Below, piece by piece: positions 40,140-55,319 of a stretch of DNA of 64,000 bases (position 1 is the stretch's first letter; each line of letters begins with the position of its first letter). The stretch lies in NCBI RefSeq assembly GCF_006345805.1, contig NC_043000.1:113212001-113276000 (forward strand), read 5' to 3'. A model generated the notes under the pieces. That model searched no databases and was not told the origin of the DNA. It saw only the letters and a list, made by a program, of their open reading frames with translations. Made by a program: the position numbers and the translations under genes. The DNA comes from Octopus sinensis (lineage: Eukaryota).

Positions 40140-40652
40140 AATATGCATACATACATGCAAACATACATACATACATATAAACAAACAAAAATACTCTGTT
40201 GTTGATGTTGAAATTCCAATGATGGAGCCTTGGATCTAGATTAGAAACCGGTTCTTTCTCTATTGGCAAGAAATCTTGAAAAAGAAAACTGAAAATGACA
40301 TGCACACATATATACATACATACATATATACACGAGAAAGCTAATTCGAAGCCAACAGATCCAATCCACCACTGGAACTATAAAAATCCGTAAAACTTTC
40401 CAGAAATTTATTATTTAAGTATATCTGAGCATGTCTAGATATGTAGCTATATGCATGAGAATGCATACATAAAACATACAAATCTGCACATACTTACACG
40501 CATGCAAACATACATGCAAACATACATGCATACATACATACAAACATATTCTGTTGTTGATGTTGAAATTCCAATGAAGGTGCCTTGGATCTAGGTTAGA
40601 AACTGGTTCTTGCTCTATTGGCAAGAAATCTTGAAATACAAATGCACAATGA
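40140..40652 (+). mobile_element. Two tandem 3' ends of the (CATA)n-associated RLE retrotransposon
   Basis: The terminal module CTGTTGTTGATGTTGAAATTCCAATGA...GGCAAGAAATCTTGAAA occurs at ~40196 and ~40551. 40335-40418 encodes RKLIRSQQIQSTTGTIKIRKTFQKFII*. Homologous to the minus strand of 23108-23610. Confidence 0.8.
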
Positions 40653-40844
40653 CATACATATATATATGCATACATACATACATACATGCATACATACATG
40701 CATACATACATACATACAAACGTACATACATACATACATACATACATGCATGCATGCATACATACATACATACATACAAACATACATACATACATACATA
40801 CATACATACATACATACATACATACATAGTATGGCTGTCTGCTA

Positions 40845-40985
40845 AAAATATTGCTTTCCAACTCCACGGTTCCTGGTTCAGTCCCACTACGTGTCACTTT
40901 GGGTAAGTGCCCTCTAGCATAGTCTCGAGCAGACCAAAACCTTGAAGGAGGTTTTGGCCCACAAAAACTGAAGCAAAGCCCAACG
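40845..40985 (-). mobile_element. Degraded SINE family A head
   Basis: Degenerate match on the plus-strand reading GGTTCCTGGTTCAGTCCCACTACGTGTCACTTTGGGTAAGTG; strand is uncertain and may be plus. Confidence 0.45.
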
Positions 40986-42736
40986 TGTGTATGTATGTAT
41001 ATATGTATGTGTGTATGTATGTGTGTGTATTCATATATGTATGTATGTAAGTATGTATGTATGTGTATATGTATATGTGAATGTATGTGTGTATGAATAC
41101 ATGCATGTATGTATGTATATATGTATGTATACACATATGTATTTGTAGCTCGTATCTTTATACTGCGTAGAAAATGATATATATATATATATATGGAGAG
41201 GTGTGTTTGTGTGTGTGCGCGTATGTTTTGTTTGTACGTGTATGCACGCGTGTGTGTGTCCGTGTGTGTACGTGCGCGCACATGTGTGTGAGAATGCGTG
41301 TGTGTGTGCGTAAGTGTACGTATATGTGTGTGTACATGATTATATATGTCCACTGAATTCGTTAGTGTATATAATCTTCGATAGTTCCCCTTAAAGTGAC
41401 GCAGTGCCCCTCCCCCCCACTGATTTGTCGATTCTTTGAGACTCATCTTCAAGTCAAGCAGCAATTGCCAACGCATTTTTGGGGGAAACTCCATATTACA
41501 CCCTGCTGGCGGTCATGCTACACTAGCCATAACAATTCAAGCATAGATATGGCTGTAATTCATAGTTACTACCTTGATGGAACCTTCAACCATCGAAACG
41601 GTAATGTCTGCCTATGAAACCAAGATCTCGGATCAACATTGCAGGACGGGATAACTGCATACAGAAAGCTATATTCGTGGTTTATATTTCCCCCGTTCCC
41701 CAATATTCCCAGTTAGGAATATGGACTGAGTGTTAAGGATGGCCTAAAACAAACTTTGACCCTCACACCTGAAGTAGCTTACCAAAATTCTCGTTTAACG
41801 AAAACTATTTTATATCTGAGTGCCACATTCTTTCTTCATATTTTCGCAACAAGTTTTACTCCTCAAGGGTTTGTCTTCCTAGATCACTCACAAAGCCGCC
41901 ATGCAGAATTTATAACTACAACCGATCACAGCGATGATATTTCATTTAACCATCTAGTCCTCTCTTAAACAAAACTCCTGACAAGAACCAGTGGTCTGTC
42001 AAATCCAAAATGGTTTTATGGTCAATACCTTCATTATCCCAAGTAGTTCTCTCTCTGCCAAAATTGCATATGTATACATAGACCTACATACAAACATACT
42101 CAAACACAGGCACATCCCTGGCATATATGCGTAAGCGCATACAAAGATAGGTAAGGCAAACAATAATAATTGTATAACTTGCATTCATAGATACGCACAC
42201 ACTTAGGTATATATTTTGTATGTGCATACAAAGAAACCATGCCACAAACATACGTACACATAAACTTACATATATATATATATATATATATACATGTAAC
42301 ATATACACACATACATACATATATATATATATACATATATATATATTTATAAATAAATAAATATATGTTTGTGTATATATATATACATATACAAAGGTGC
42401 ATGTATTAAAATGCACACACATACAAACGTGGCTATGCATATATATATTCGAGCATACATAAATACATACATGCATAATACCTAAGACGCATATACGACT
42501 CCCAGTTAGTAATCGTAGGACCGTTTCATATACCGCAGCACACCTCCACAAATATACACCTCATACATCACATATTCTTACGGCCATATTCACACAGTTA
42601 GGAACAGCAGATAACCCTGCACACGCACTGGTAGAGATATATAAACATACAGGTCATATGTGTGTATGTATGTATGTATGTATGTATGTATGTATGTATG
42701 TATGTATAGTATGTATGTATGCATGTAGTATGTGTG

Positions 42737-42767
<31 letters not shown>

Positions 42768-42784
42768 GTATATATATATGTATA

Positions 42785-42861
<77 letters not shown>

Positions 42862-43530
42862 CCAACTAGATGCAAGCATAGGTACATACAAACACTCTCA
42901 TCTTCATTCATACAATCTACAGTTAACGTCAAGTTAACATAACATCTCACAGTTACATGCAAACGCAAGAATAAACACACGCACACATATGCACAAACAC
43001 ATACCTACACACACATGCAGGTACACACACACACACACGCGCGCGCACATATACACATCATGTGACCACGTGACCACGTTACTTCTGCGATATTCTCCTG
43101 ACGGCTGCCAGTAGAGATGTTTATAGATTATATTTAATTAAATTTCCAACCAAGTTCAGGCGTTGGGGTTGGGAACAGAGAGAGAAAGAAAGAAAGAGGG
43201 AGGAAGAGAAGAGAGAGAGAGAGATGAAGAGAGAGAAAGGGGGAGAGTGAAGAACTGCAGCATTTGGGAAGAAATGGAGAAGGCGAAGAAGATGAAGGAG
43301 CTGGAGAATTGTTCGAACTTTCATAATAAACGACGTAATATAATGTGTGAAATAATACTTCGCTGACACATCGCTGACATTTATATGTCAGCGATGTGTG
43401 TAGATGTGTATATATATACGCATGTTTGCATATATATGAAAGTATGTACGTATGCATGTATGTATATGTGTACGTATAGGTTTGTACCAAAGGATGAAAA
43501 TATGTGCATGTATGCACATAGATATATGTA

Positions 43531-43592
<62 letters not shown>

Positions 43593-44036
43593 ATATATGC
43601 ATGTATGTATGTGTATATGGGGTATATGTGTATATCTTTCTATATACATATATATATATATATGTGTGTTCTCTATATATACATTTACATATATATATAT
43701 ATGTATATAGGTACTTATGCTTCCATATAAATTTATATAAGTTTATGTGGCTGTGTGTGTATATAAACATATGCATCCGTGTATGTCTTTGTGTATGTAT
43801 AAGAACATTTGCTTGCATAGCTGGATGTAATTAGGTGTACATATGTATACACACGTCTATATCTATTTATGTATATACACGTCTAATTTTATATACATTT
43901 ACGTATATATATACACACACATACACACACACACACACTCACACACATATATATATATATGTGTATATATATATATACATCTCTCTCTCTCTCTCTCATC
44001 TCTCTCCTCTCCATACTCGCCTCTCTCTCTCTCTAC

Positions 44037-44075
<39 letters not shown>

Positions 44076-44286
44076 TTATATATATATAATATTATAATAT
44101 ATATATATATGAAAGAAATACTGCATCTCCAAATCCTTTCTAGTTCCACTCTGTCATTTTTCTCTCTCAGTCTTCTACGCTCGCTCTCACAGTTATTCCC
44201 CTTCGCTTCTCCCAATCTCACCATTGCTATTGAGTCTCGCATTATTTTTGTACTCCATCTTTGTCCATTCTTTCTTTCATCATTCC

Positions 44287-44368
<82 letters not shown>

Positions 44369-44391
44369 ATATCTATCTATCTATCTATCTC

Positions 44392-44455
<64 letters not shown>

Positions 44456-44737
44456 CCAATATAATTTTGATCGAAAACCTACGCCACCTTTTTTGGGTTT
44501 CTTTTGCTTTTTGATTTTTGTTTTTTTCATCCTCCAAAAGAAAAGCTCTACCTTGTAACTTGTCCCATCTGTGTGCAGCCCTGTGTGGCCAATAAAGAAA
44601 CTTATCTACCAATATAAATGTTTGTCTGTGCTGTGTACACTTGTATGTGCATATACGTATGTGGTTACCTATATACATATAAATATGTGCGTATATGGGT
44701 GTATATGTATGCATACACAACATCTCCACACACACAC

Positions 44738-44774
<37 letters not shown>

Positions 44775-44879
44775 CATACATACATACATACATACATACA
44801 TACATACATACATACTACATACATACACATATAAATGAACACATACACAACAAGCAGAGACGTGTTTATATAATTCTGT

Positions 44880-45058
44880 AAATATAAATTTACAGAAAAA
44901 CAAAAGACGAAGAAAGGTGTATAACCAACAAGCAGGTGTAAATTTTGACGCCTGAGGAGGTGAGAACGTCTTTTACGTTTCGAACCTACGCTCCTCAACA
45001 GAAATGAACTCGACGAAATAAGCAGGGAGAATTAAAAAAACCTTTATAGGTAGCGGTC
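44880..45058 (-). mobile_element. Penelope-type terminal fragment with a variant minimal hammerhead motif (44969-45004)
   Basis: Minus strand reads UUU-CUGUUGA-G-GAGC(guag)GUUC-GAAA-CG-UA-AAAG. Homologous to 61503-61660. Confidence 0.55.
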
Positions 45059-45073
45059 AACACACACACACAC

Positions 45074-45107
<34 letters not shown>

Positions 45108-45381
45108 ACAGTTACACCAAGCTCCACGTGACTTAAACTTTCCCTGGGCGCGTAGAAAAGATGTTAGAAGTGTGTGATGAAATGGGCGTGCTACATACGC
45201 ATGAAACGTGTGGAGTTTAGTTATACTGTTATTCAGTATATATGTAACATCTACCCAATAGAATACATTGCAGATATTTATAGCCCCAGATGTCATCTGT
45301 AGTGTATGAACGAAGAATTTACGTTCCCTCGCAAAATTTCCAGATTCAGCAATATTTTGCTCCAGATGTATGCTTCAATGT

Positions 45382-45481
45382 NNNNNNNNNNNNNNNNNNN
45401 NNNNNNNNNNNNNNNNNNNNNNNNNNNNNNNNNNNNNNNNNNNNNNNNNNNNNNNNNNNNNNNNNNNNNNNNNNNNNNNNN
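45382..45481. other. Assembly gap (100 N)
   Basis: Run of N. Confidence 1.
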
Positions 45482-45850
45482 TCAAAGAGGTGTCTGAATT
45501 GATTGAAAGAATCAAAGAAAATATGTTTAAAGGAAAGAAACAATGTGAAGTCGGAAACTTGGAAGGAAGGAGAACAAAAAAAGAAGAAAGAAAGAAAAGG
45601 GAAATAAAAGGAAAAGAGATGAAAAAGTGACAGAAAGATGAAAGGGCTTTGTTGACTTCATTTTACATGTTGTAAACCCCAGTTTTGTGTGTTTGTGTTG
45701 CGTCTCTGTATTGTCTTCGATTTATTCGACCCTTCTGGCCAATAAACGTAGTTCTTCTTCTTCTTCTTCTTCTTTCTTCTTATTCTTCTTCTTCTTCTTC
45801 TTCTTCTTCTTCTTCTTCTTCTTCTTCTCATCAACATCACCATCATCTAC

Positions 45851-45985
45851 TTCTTTACTACCAACAAGGGGCTAAACACAAAGAGGACAAACAAGGGCAG
45901 ACAAACGGATTAAGTCGATTTTACCGACCCCAGTGCGTAACTGGTACTTATTTAATCGGCCCCAAAAGGATGAAAAGCAAAGTCA
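45851..45985 (-). mobile_element. SINE family B, 3' half
   Basis: Plus strand ACAAGGGGCTAAACAC...GGATTAAGTCGATT...CTGGTACTTATTT...AAAGGATGAAA. Confidence 0.85.
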
Positions 45986-46539
45986 GTTTTGTTTTGGTTT
46001 TGTTTTTTTTTTCTGAAAATTTCGTGTCGAGCTCTACTTGGGTAACTTCCAGAAATGTTTTGCCCTGACCTGCAGTACTACCAAGTAGCACAGGTAGAAA
46101 GTCTAGGGCCACAGAAATGTCACGATGAGGAGCAACCCAAGATATGCCAGAGAGTGACGAAACTAGTCCTCATGCAGTCTTTGAGCTTTTCTGGCTTGTG
46201 AAGTTATGTGGAACAGCTGTTTTCGAGTGTAGAGCAATTCAAAAAAGTTGCCGAGTTCATTGTTGGAATCTCCTCACCACCCACCTTTAACTAAGCAGGG
46301 CAGGTGGTGTTCCTCCGTCTAGTGGCTATGGCGAAAGGAGTTGTGCGGTGGACGAGGTTGAAAAGGCCGAGGGCACAGAATACTGTTTGGGCAAGTTGTC
46401 ATTCATATTTCCAAGTTTCACCTGGAAAAGAAGGGATTGTGAAGGGGGATGTGCTGTCGCTCAGCAAATTTACCAAAAGATTGATAACTACGATACAAAA
46501 TGTTCGGGAGATGGACCTACTCGAAGCAGGCACATGTTG

Positions 46540-46810
46540 ATTGGAGAAAATCTGTTGGGCGTGAGCTTGTACTATTTTCAGTATGTTATATACATTCATA
46601 ATTCCTGGTGTTTTGATCATGAATTCGTTTGAATACTTTTTAATCAGACCTAATGTACCTATGTTTATAGGGATTGTTTCTGTTTTAGGCTCCAAATTCG
46701 GGTTACCACTATTTGCAGATCTTTATATTTTGAGAGTTTCTCCGTTTCTTTTAGAGATGCTGCGTTGTCATCTGCCAGCATTGATATATCAATAAGAAGG
46801 CAGGTCTGGG
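46540..46810 (-). mobile_element. Decayed Dong/R4 RLE fragment
   Basis: Encodes CLLIDISMLADDNA.SLKETEKLSKYKDLQI / KTETIPINIGTLGLIKKYSNEFMIKTPGIMNVYNI, similar to family b. Confidence 0.75.
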
Positions 46811-47584
46811 CAGCCAAAGACAATACGATTTATTATTTCTTCCATATCACCACATATTCTACAGTTATTTGTTGTATTTCTCTTCATTATGAGTTTCAGG
46901 TGATTCTGGAGGGAAGGTTTAGATCTTGTGCTTCAATTAGTAAAATAAAAAAATGTCTTCAAGCAAAGAGGCGCTAGCATCTGTAACGTGCAAAGTCCAC
47001 TTCTTATTTTCTATCAACTGTCAAAAGTCGAATTATTCCTTTGACCCTCAGCATCTGCGAAGGTCAAATGTCGTTGTGCTCGCTGTTCATGGTGGTGGCA
47101 GTGGTGGTGCTGTTCTAATACCGTTTGTACTTTCATCCAAGTCAAATAAATTCTAATAGTATTTTTATGTTTTCTAATGTACTTATATAAGCGTGTAAAT
47201 AGTCATTCTCCTCATATATAAGCGTGTAAATAGTCATTCCCAACATATAAGTTGTCCTTTTGTTACTAAATTCTCTTCCTTTTTCGTTTGATCAATAATT
47301 CTGGGCCATTTTTCTCTCGTAGGTAACTTCATGAAATTCTAAGGCGGCCATTTTGCAATGCGTACAAATATTGCAGGTAGTTAGTTATGTGTGAAAATTG
47401 TACTCGCTTTCGAAGTATCTGAAGATAATCTTATACACCATTTTGTGAAACTGGAACGGAATTTTTCTTTTGTTTTGTTTTTCGTTAGGTAATCCTGGGA
47501 GAATCAAATATTTTTTTGTAAACAGAAATATGTGAAATGTGACTGATCACAACAGACGACAACAGAAACATCAACAATAATAAT

Positions 47585-47586
47585 GA

Positions 47587-47656
<70 letters not shown>

Positions 47657-48801
47657 ACTACTGCTACTGCTGCTGCTGCTACTACTGCTACTACTACTAC
47701 TACTACTACTACCATTACGACGACGACGACTACAAATACTAATAATGAGAAGATGAAGAAGAAGGAGGTTAAAATAATAATAACAAGAAGAAGAAGAAAT
47801 AAAAACAAGCTGTAGTAAGAGCATGCGCAATATATACATATTGCTGTATACATAGCTATATACATATATAGATTCAAACAAATAAATTTCCCAGCATGCA
47901 ACAAAGATCATTATCAAAATACTCCAAGGAATAAAAAAAAGGTAAAAAAAAAAGAAAAGATGATGAAAATATTGTAAAAAAAGAATTCTGGCAAAACTTT
48001 CCTCGCGTATTGAGTATGAAGACATCATGGTGTGCAGCTAAAACAGCAACAACACCAACTACTACTACTACTACACTACTAATACTACTTACTACTACTA
48101 CTACTACTACTACTACTACAGCTGCTGCTGCTAGTATTATACTAAAAATATTAATACAGATAATGATGAGGAGAAGGGGTAGGAGGAAGTGGTAGTGGTG
48201 TTGGTAGTGGAGGACGAGGAGAGAGGGGATAAGGAGGAGGGGAGAGGAGGTGGAGGAGGAGGAAGGGAGGAGGAGGAGGAGGAGAAAGGGAGGAGGAGGA
48301 GGAGGAAGATGATGATGAGGAAGATGATGATGATGAGGAAGATGATGATGAATGAGGAAGATGATGACGATGAAGAGGAGTAGAGTAGGAGGAGAGGAGT
48401 AGGAGGAGAGGTGGAGAAGGAAGATTATGATAGTGATGGTACGGATACTGACAATAATGATGATGTGATGACGATGAGGAGGAGGATAATAAGGAGAGGA
48501 GGTAGAGGAGGCCTAGGACTTGATGATACAGTCGATGATTATTATTATTATTATTGTTAGTATTATTATTATTATTGTTGCAATTATTATTACTACAAAT
48601 ATTACCCACAATGCACACCGTTATCTGTAGTTTCCACATTAATTTTTATATCTTATTTTATTCCATTTTCACTCCTTTTACTTTCACCTTCTCACTCTTG
48701 GCTTTCCAAATAGTCTGTCTGTCTTCTTCTTCTTCTTCTTCTTCTTCTTCTTCTTCTTCTTCTTCACCATGCTCCTCCTCGTCGTCACCCTCATCATCAC
48801 C

Positions 48802-48847
<46 letters not shown>

Positions 48848-49200
48848 CTCTCATCATCATCATCATAACTATCATCATCATTATCATCATCGTCATTAAC
48901 ATCCATTTTTTCTATCGGAATCATCTTGATAGCAACACTACAACGACGGCTTACAATGACAACCATCTCTACCACTACCACAACCACAACCACAATACCA
49001 CTACGACCACCACCACCAACACCACCATTATTTCTTCTACTACTACTACTAACACTACCACCACCACCACTACTACTGCTGCTGCTAGTAATATTTGCAC
49101 CACCACGACCATCACCAAGATTGACATCACTCCAAAGAACAACTCCAAGTATCACTGTGACAAAAATCGCCGCCACCACCACCACCACTTCAATACAACC
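47585..49200. repeat. Long patchwork of trinucleotide microsatellites (CTA, CTG, GGA, GAT, TTA, TCT, CAT, CAC)
   Basis: Read directly from the sequence; the ORFs here are low-complexity artefacts. Confidence 0.9.
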
Positions 49201-50030
49201 CCCTTCTCTCACTTCTCCTCCAAACTCTCTCTTCCTCTCCCTTACCACTCTCCCTCCTCCAGCCACACCTCTTCTCCTGGCTCTTCAACTGTTCCTGCTT
49301 ATCTCTCTTCCATATCAAACTTTTGTTTGTTTCCTTTATATTTTTACCCTTATACATTTTTTTTTATATCTCGCTATTTCTTTTTCGTTTCCTTTTCTTT
49401 CTATTTCTTCAAACTGTGTTCAGTTCTCATTGGACCTTTCTTGGAATTTTCTTCCCTTTTGATACTATCTTTCTAGGATTTTGTTTGAAATATTACTGCT
49501 GTTGCTGTTCTTCATGAATTATCGTTTCACTGTTTCAGTGTGTAATGTTTTACGTTATTGTTTTCTATGTATTTTTTCCCCTTCTTTATCATAATTTTGC
49601 TGGTGTTTGTTTAATTGTTATTTTTCTGTGTGAAGCTTTATCAAGCTTGCTTTAACATAATCTTTTAACTTGAGCATTTTTATACACCTTTCTTTCGTTT
49701 TCTTCATTACATCTCAACGCTTTTCTTTTCAAATTCTCTCTCGCTCTCTCTCGATCTTTCTCTCACGCTCTCACTCTTTCTCTTTCTCTCATCTATTTTG
49801 TAGCGCACTTTCTGTACACATGCTTGTGTACATATATTGTCAAAGTAACTCATTCACACACAAACACGCACACATATATATAAATACACACACACCCGTC
49901 ATGACAATGTTGATGATGATCATAACAATAATTATCATGATGTTGATGCTGATGATGATATTTCGCCCAACATGTGCGTGTTTGATAGGTAGACAGACAG
50001 GCAGACACACAGACGGATAGATAGATAGAT

Positions 50031-50133
<103 letters not shown>

Positions 50134-51220
50134 CTAACCATGAACATTTTTATATAATGTATTGAAAATTGAATTTCAGAAATCTTTATCCAATGTTTTT
50201 CGTTGCCGATCGATCGATCTTCCGATTTTTGTATGTATGTACGTACGTATGTCTGTCTGTCTGTATGTATGTATGTAGTTATGTATGTATGTATGCATGT
50301 ATGTATGTATTTATGTATGTGTGTGTATGTATGTATGTGTGTATGTATATGTATGTATGTCTATGAATGTAGGCATGTATATGTGTGTATGAGGTGTATT
50401 TGTATGAATGTATTTATGTATATACATACACACCCAAATTCACGTTTTCTCTCTCTCTCACACACACACACAAACACACTCACACACACATACACACACG
50501 TATATTTACGTGGATACATACGTCCTCATATATATAGAGATTGTTAGAAAGATAGATACACACATAAGTACGAACATACATACATACATGCATACATACA
50601 TACACACATATGAAACACGACTGTGTTTTAAATTTCGTTTTATTATGGATTTTTCGTACATCCTTGCTATTCCATTATGTTTCGTTTGGAACAATAACGA
50701 TCCTACATCCATTAACGTTTTTATATTTTCTCAATCTTTTCAACGAAATCAGGTTTAGAGATGCTTATTCTTGTTGCCGTTTTACAATGAACAGCAAGGA
50801 TGGGATTGGATAGAATCGGATAGGATTGCAGTCGTTATTGTGTTATTCGTCTTACTGACATCATAGCATTTAAAATGCTCGCGTATACTGTTAACGCGAA
50901 GTTATCCCTATCGCTCCATAATTCATTAATGACGCGGTATTCTTGCGCGTGTTAACGTTTGTTTATCCTGTACTATTAATAAAACCGACATTGCTATTTC
51001 ATATTTTTTATCCTTTGAGAAATTCTGTATGCTATAATAATGCTATTAAATAATCTCTTTTGATTAAGTTATGTTTGTAATCAAGGGAGCAATGGCTGTT
51101 TATGGTAAATGCATGGTCAGATGTCGAGAAAGTGTTTTCTTTGTGTGACCGTTTCATCAATTTGTGTTATGAAGTCCATAATGGCTATATTTACATTAAA
51201 ATATGTACTCTTTTTTTTTT

Positions 51221-51438
51221 TTTACTCTTTTACTTATTTCAGTCATTTGACTGCGGCCATGCTGGAGCACCGCCTTTAATCGAGCAACTCGACCCCGGGA
51301 CTTATTCTTTTGTAAGCCCAGTACTTATTCTATCGGTCTCTTTTGCCGAACCGTTAAGTAACGGGGGACATGAATACACCAGCATCGGTTGTCAAGCAAT
51401 GCTAGGGGTCAAACACAGACACACAAACACGCACACGC

Positions 51439-51473
<35 letters not shown>

Positions 51474-51645
51474 ACATATATACGACGGGCTTCTTTCAGT
51501 TTCCGTCTACCAAATCTACTCACAAGGCTTTGGTCGGCCCGAGGCTATAGTAAAAGACACTTGCCGAAGGTGCCACGCAGTGGGACTGAACCCGGAACCG
51601 TGTGGTTGGTAAACAAGCAACTTACTACACAGCCACTCCTGCGCC
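51221..51645 (-). mobile_element. SINE family A, full length
   Basis: Minus strand starts GGCGCAGGAGTGGCTGTGTAGTAAG and contains GGTTCCGGGTTCAGTCCCACTGCGTGGCACC. Confidence 0.92.
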
Positions 51646-52661
51646 TATGTATAATATAATGTATAAATATGTATAATATTTGCCATCTTCATTATACACC
51701 TGCAGTTGCCTACATTAGTCTTAATGAGGGTATTATATTAAGCCAGGTGTTAGCTTTGATGAGGGGTTTATTATATTAATTTTGGTGTTTTTTGTTTATA
51801 TGTAGCTGTTTTCTTTCTTGATTTTCATACTCCTCTCATTCGTTCTGTTTTTATTTCTTCTTTTCATTCTTTCATGCGCTATATAACTCACGCTTAGAAT
51901 CATCTTCGTCTAAAACTCTTATGTTGCTATCTATCCATATTATACCTGTTATTAGTCCAAACTAAGCCACTCTCAATATTTTATTCATATTTCATCTATA
52001 TTTCATCCCGAACACCTCTATACCTCACCTTTCAATAAATCTATCAACATTTCTATCTAACCCCTCATTTGCTTTGATTTCTCATTTTTTTGTCACCCAC
52101 GCATTCCATTCCATTATCAATTCTTACATTCGCTTATTCTTCACCATTCTTATTTCTATTCTATTTTTCATATATCTCCATTACAACTTACCATTCTTCC
52201 TATATTTTAATATTTCAGAATTAACGTTATTCCGTTTTATTTTCATTATTTGAGCCACGAATTTTTAATAATTTTTTTCATCTTTATATAATTATATTCG
52301 AAATCAAAACTTGAATAATTTTCTAAATTTCAATGTGTTCTAAGATTTTAAAATCCGACGATGAACTTAATTATAAAGGCGCAAAAATAAGAACGTCGTC
52401 ACTATTTACGCTGCTAATAATAAATTTTCCTCAATTAGGAACGAGAAGGTATTGAAGTGGAGTGAAGTAACTTGCTTAAGAGTACATGATGTTTCTAAAT
52501 AGTTTACCTTTAACTTTGCAGAATTTCTGACAGGAAAGAATTTAGGGAGACGATTCAGATTATAAAGTGGGGTTGATTACTAAGACAACTGAATTTCCTG
52601 AAGACTGCAGTGAGAACCATTGTGATATTGCTAAATATACCTGTATGTGTGTGTGTGTGTG

Positions 52662-52732
<71 letters not shown>

Positions 52733-52811
52733 GTGCGTGCATGAGTGTATGTTTTTGTGAGGATAGCTATTATGGTAAGTTTTGAACGAAAGAAATATGC
52801 AGAAAATCAAT

Positions 52812-52855
<44 letters not shown>

Positions 52856-54038
52856 AGAAAAAGAGAAAGAGGGGGAAGAATACGAGTGATAAAAATATTT
52901 GAAAAGATAACGGATAGCCAGTCAACAAAATAGCGGCATGTTACCTTGCCATGTGCATAAACACACATACGCCCACATGCAAGCTCAGAGACACACAAAT
53001 ACACACACACACACACACACACCACACACACACACACACATGTGTACATATGATCACACAAATACCACACGAGAGCGACGTTTTTCCAGGAAGTACTTCT
53101 GTGTGTCTGAATTTCTATTGAGCGTGAATGGTTATTGAAAGGAGCAGAACGTTATTGAAAACTCTTGGCTGTACTGGATAGGTTCCAGAGGGGATACTGG
53201 CTTGCTTGTCTATCCAGCCGGGTGGTGAAGTGCATTGTGACTAGCGATGTATAACGCCATCCAAGAGTCTGATCAATACAGTGATAATGTGATGCACAAA
53301 CATTATGACACGTTATGAAATAGGAAATAGAGGCTGTATGACTCGATATGAAGAAAGCAAATGTAGATCGATATCTAATATGAACCGTATGATACAGTAT
53401 ATGTGGATTTTGTGAGACGACATAATATATGAATCATGTGACGTCAAACAATATCTGGAACAGGTGATACGTATTCATTGTATTAAACTGAAATAGTGAA
53501 CATCAAAACAATTAAGGAAAACACATAAAAACGAATTCTGGTTTCTTTGAATTAAAACGCAAGCGTTAATATACTTAATGCGACTCAGACTATTAAGTTT
53601 ATACCTGCGATGAGAGAAAGTAAATATTGAACAACACAAAATTCGCTGAAATAAAAGAACAAAGAAGAACATTCAAAATCATTGTTTCTTTTAATTTTTC
53701 AAATAATTCTGCTGGATTCTTGATGCATGTGACTCCATGAGAACTAATAGAAGCAATAAAGGATGACGCGCTTAATACAATTGTGGCGTTCATTAAATTA
53801 TACGTCGCAGAAGTTTTGCCACTTCAGAAGTCACATATGGTTTTTATGATATAATCTCATGGCATGATATCGCTTTTTTCAGGAAATTCTCATTAAAACA
53901 TAATGTTCTTCCTTTTGTTTCTGCCATCTCTGTTTTTCTTGTAGAATTTGGTCTCACGATCATAAACCAGTGGACTCTACTCAAATATCGGGCAATGAGT
54001 TGTTCACCCCCTCTCTTTCTCCCCTCTTTCTTTCTCTC

Positions 54039-54069
<31 letters not shown>

Positions 54070-54352
54070 ATACAGAGAGAGAGAGAGAGAGAGAGAGTTA
54101 GTTAGAAAACGGAGAGATCTAATGGATACAAATTAATTTATTGATGAATCAACATATTAACCAACAATTGTTTCAATTTTCAAATAGGATTCAAATTACA
54201 AACCATATATAAAACTTTACTTTTGCATTTTAAATACCTTATAAGGAAAATCGTCAGGGTTGTCAGAGGACAATAAGGATTACATTAGGATACTTTCGGA
54301 ATATACAGAATATATATACATGTTTAGCGTGAGTGTATATATATATGTATGT

Positions 54353-54384
<32 letters not shown>

Positions 54385-54385
54385 G

Positions 54386-54449
<64 letters not shown>

Positions 54450-54659
54450 TGTGTGTGTGTTTGTATGCTTATATACATATATAGGAAAATGTGTTGTTGA
54501 AAATGCACTTAAATTTCAAAAGCTCGTAAATGTTTAAAATACATTTATTTACATATATACCAAACTAGTTTCAACAATATTTTTTGTTTATCAATGGTAA
54601 GAGTGTAAAATTAGAAAAACATCGTTATAAGTTTCAATGTTGACAAATCAAAATGCCAA

Positions 54660-55139
54660 AGAGACAAGCTGCGGGAAAGCGCGTCGCACAAACTGCGACC
54701 ACACCTGTTCACCGTCGTCAATGAAGCGCCGGAGATGTCAGTCTCAGCGCATGCCTGTGTATCATCAACCATGACATGCTTAGCCCTCCATTTAGCGGGT
54801 GTTGATAGCAAATGGATGGCCTAAACATCGGAACGTTTCCCTTCCACAGTAAGCGGAAGAGTATGCGTTCCAATTTGGTGACGGTAGAGTCGGGTCAAGG
54901 CACGACGCTCAGACGGTAATATATGATGGATGCGATGTACGCGTTCGCCACCTGCGCCCGACCTTTTAGCGATAGCCTCCTCTCGGATCATTGTTAGGTG
55001 AGAGTGGCCACCCTAGTCGTTATTTCGCCCCAATTCTTCTCCCTTTGGAGATCCGACCAAACCAGACTCCAACCAATTTATCGGTTCTTCGGTCCAGCGT
55101 CCCATGATGGAGATGCTGTTGGATGGCATGACTTGCTTC

Positions 55140-55140
<1 letters not shown>
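54660..55140 (-). mobile_element. Tx1/L1-clade LINE ORF2 fragment (post-RT region), decayed
   Basis: Encodes GVWFG / EKNWGEI...SERRLSLKGRAQVANAYIASIIYYRLSVVP*P...KLERILFRLLWKG...HPLNGGL, the typical L1/Tx1 LSL.GR...N...FLW.G...P...GGL pattern. Confidence 0.8.
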
Positions 55141-55218
<78 letters not shown>

Positions 55219-55319
55219 TAAAAAAAAGACTGACATACAGATAGATTGCTAGAAATAGATAGATATAGTTATGTCAAAGATTAACAGATACTTGATAAAT
55301 AGTTGATGTTAATATATAT

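Noticed and set aside
41565-41605. GATGG...CCATC-GAAA-CG-GTA, hammerhead-like
   Set aside because: The 5' catalytic core is missing, so it cannot be distinguished from chance.
46115-46175. ATGAG...GTGAC-GAAA-CTAG-TC-CTCAT, hammerhead-like 3' half
   Set aside because: No CUGANGA core in the required position.
47185-47250. Direct repeat ATATAAGCGTGTAAATAGTCATTC with short spacers, superficially CRISPR-like
   Set aside because: Only two copies with a ~8-bp spacer, in a eukaryotic context with no cas genes. It is a local duplication.
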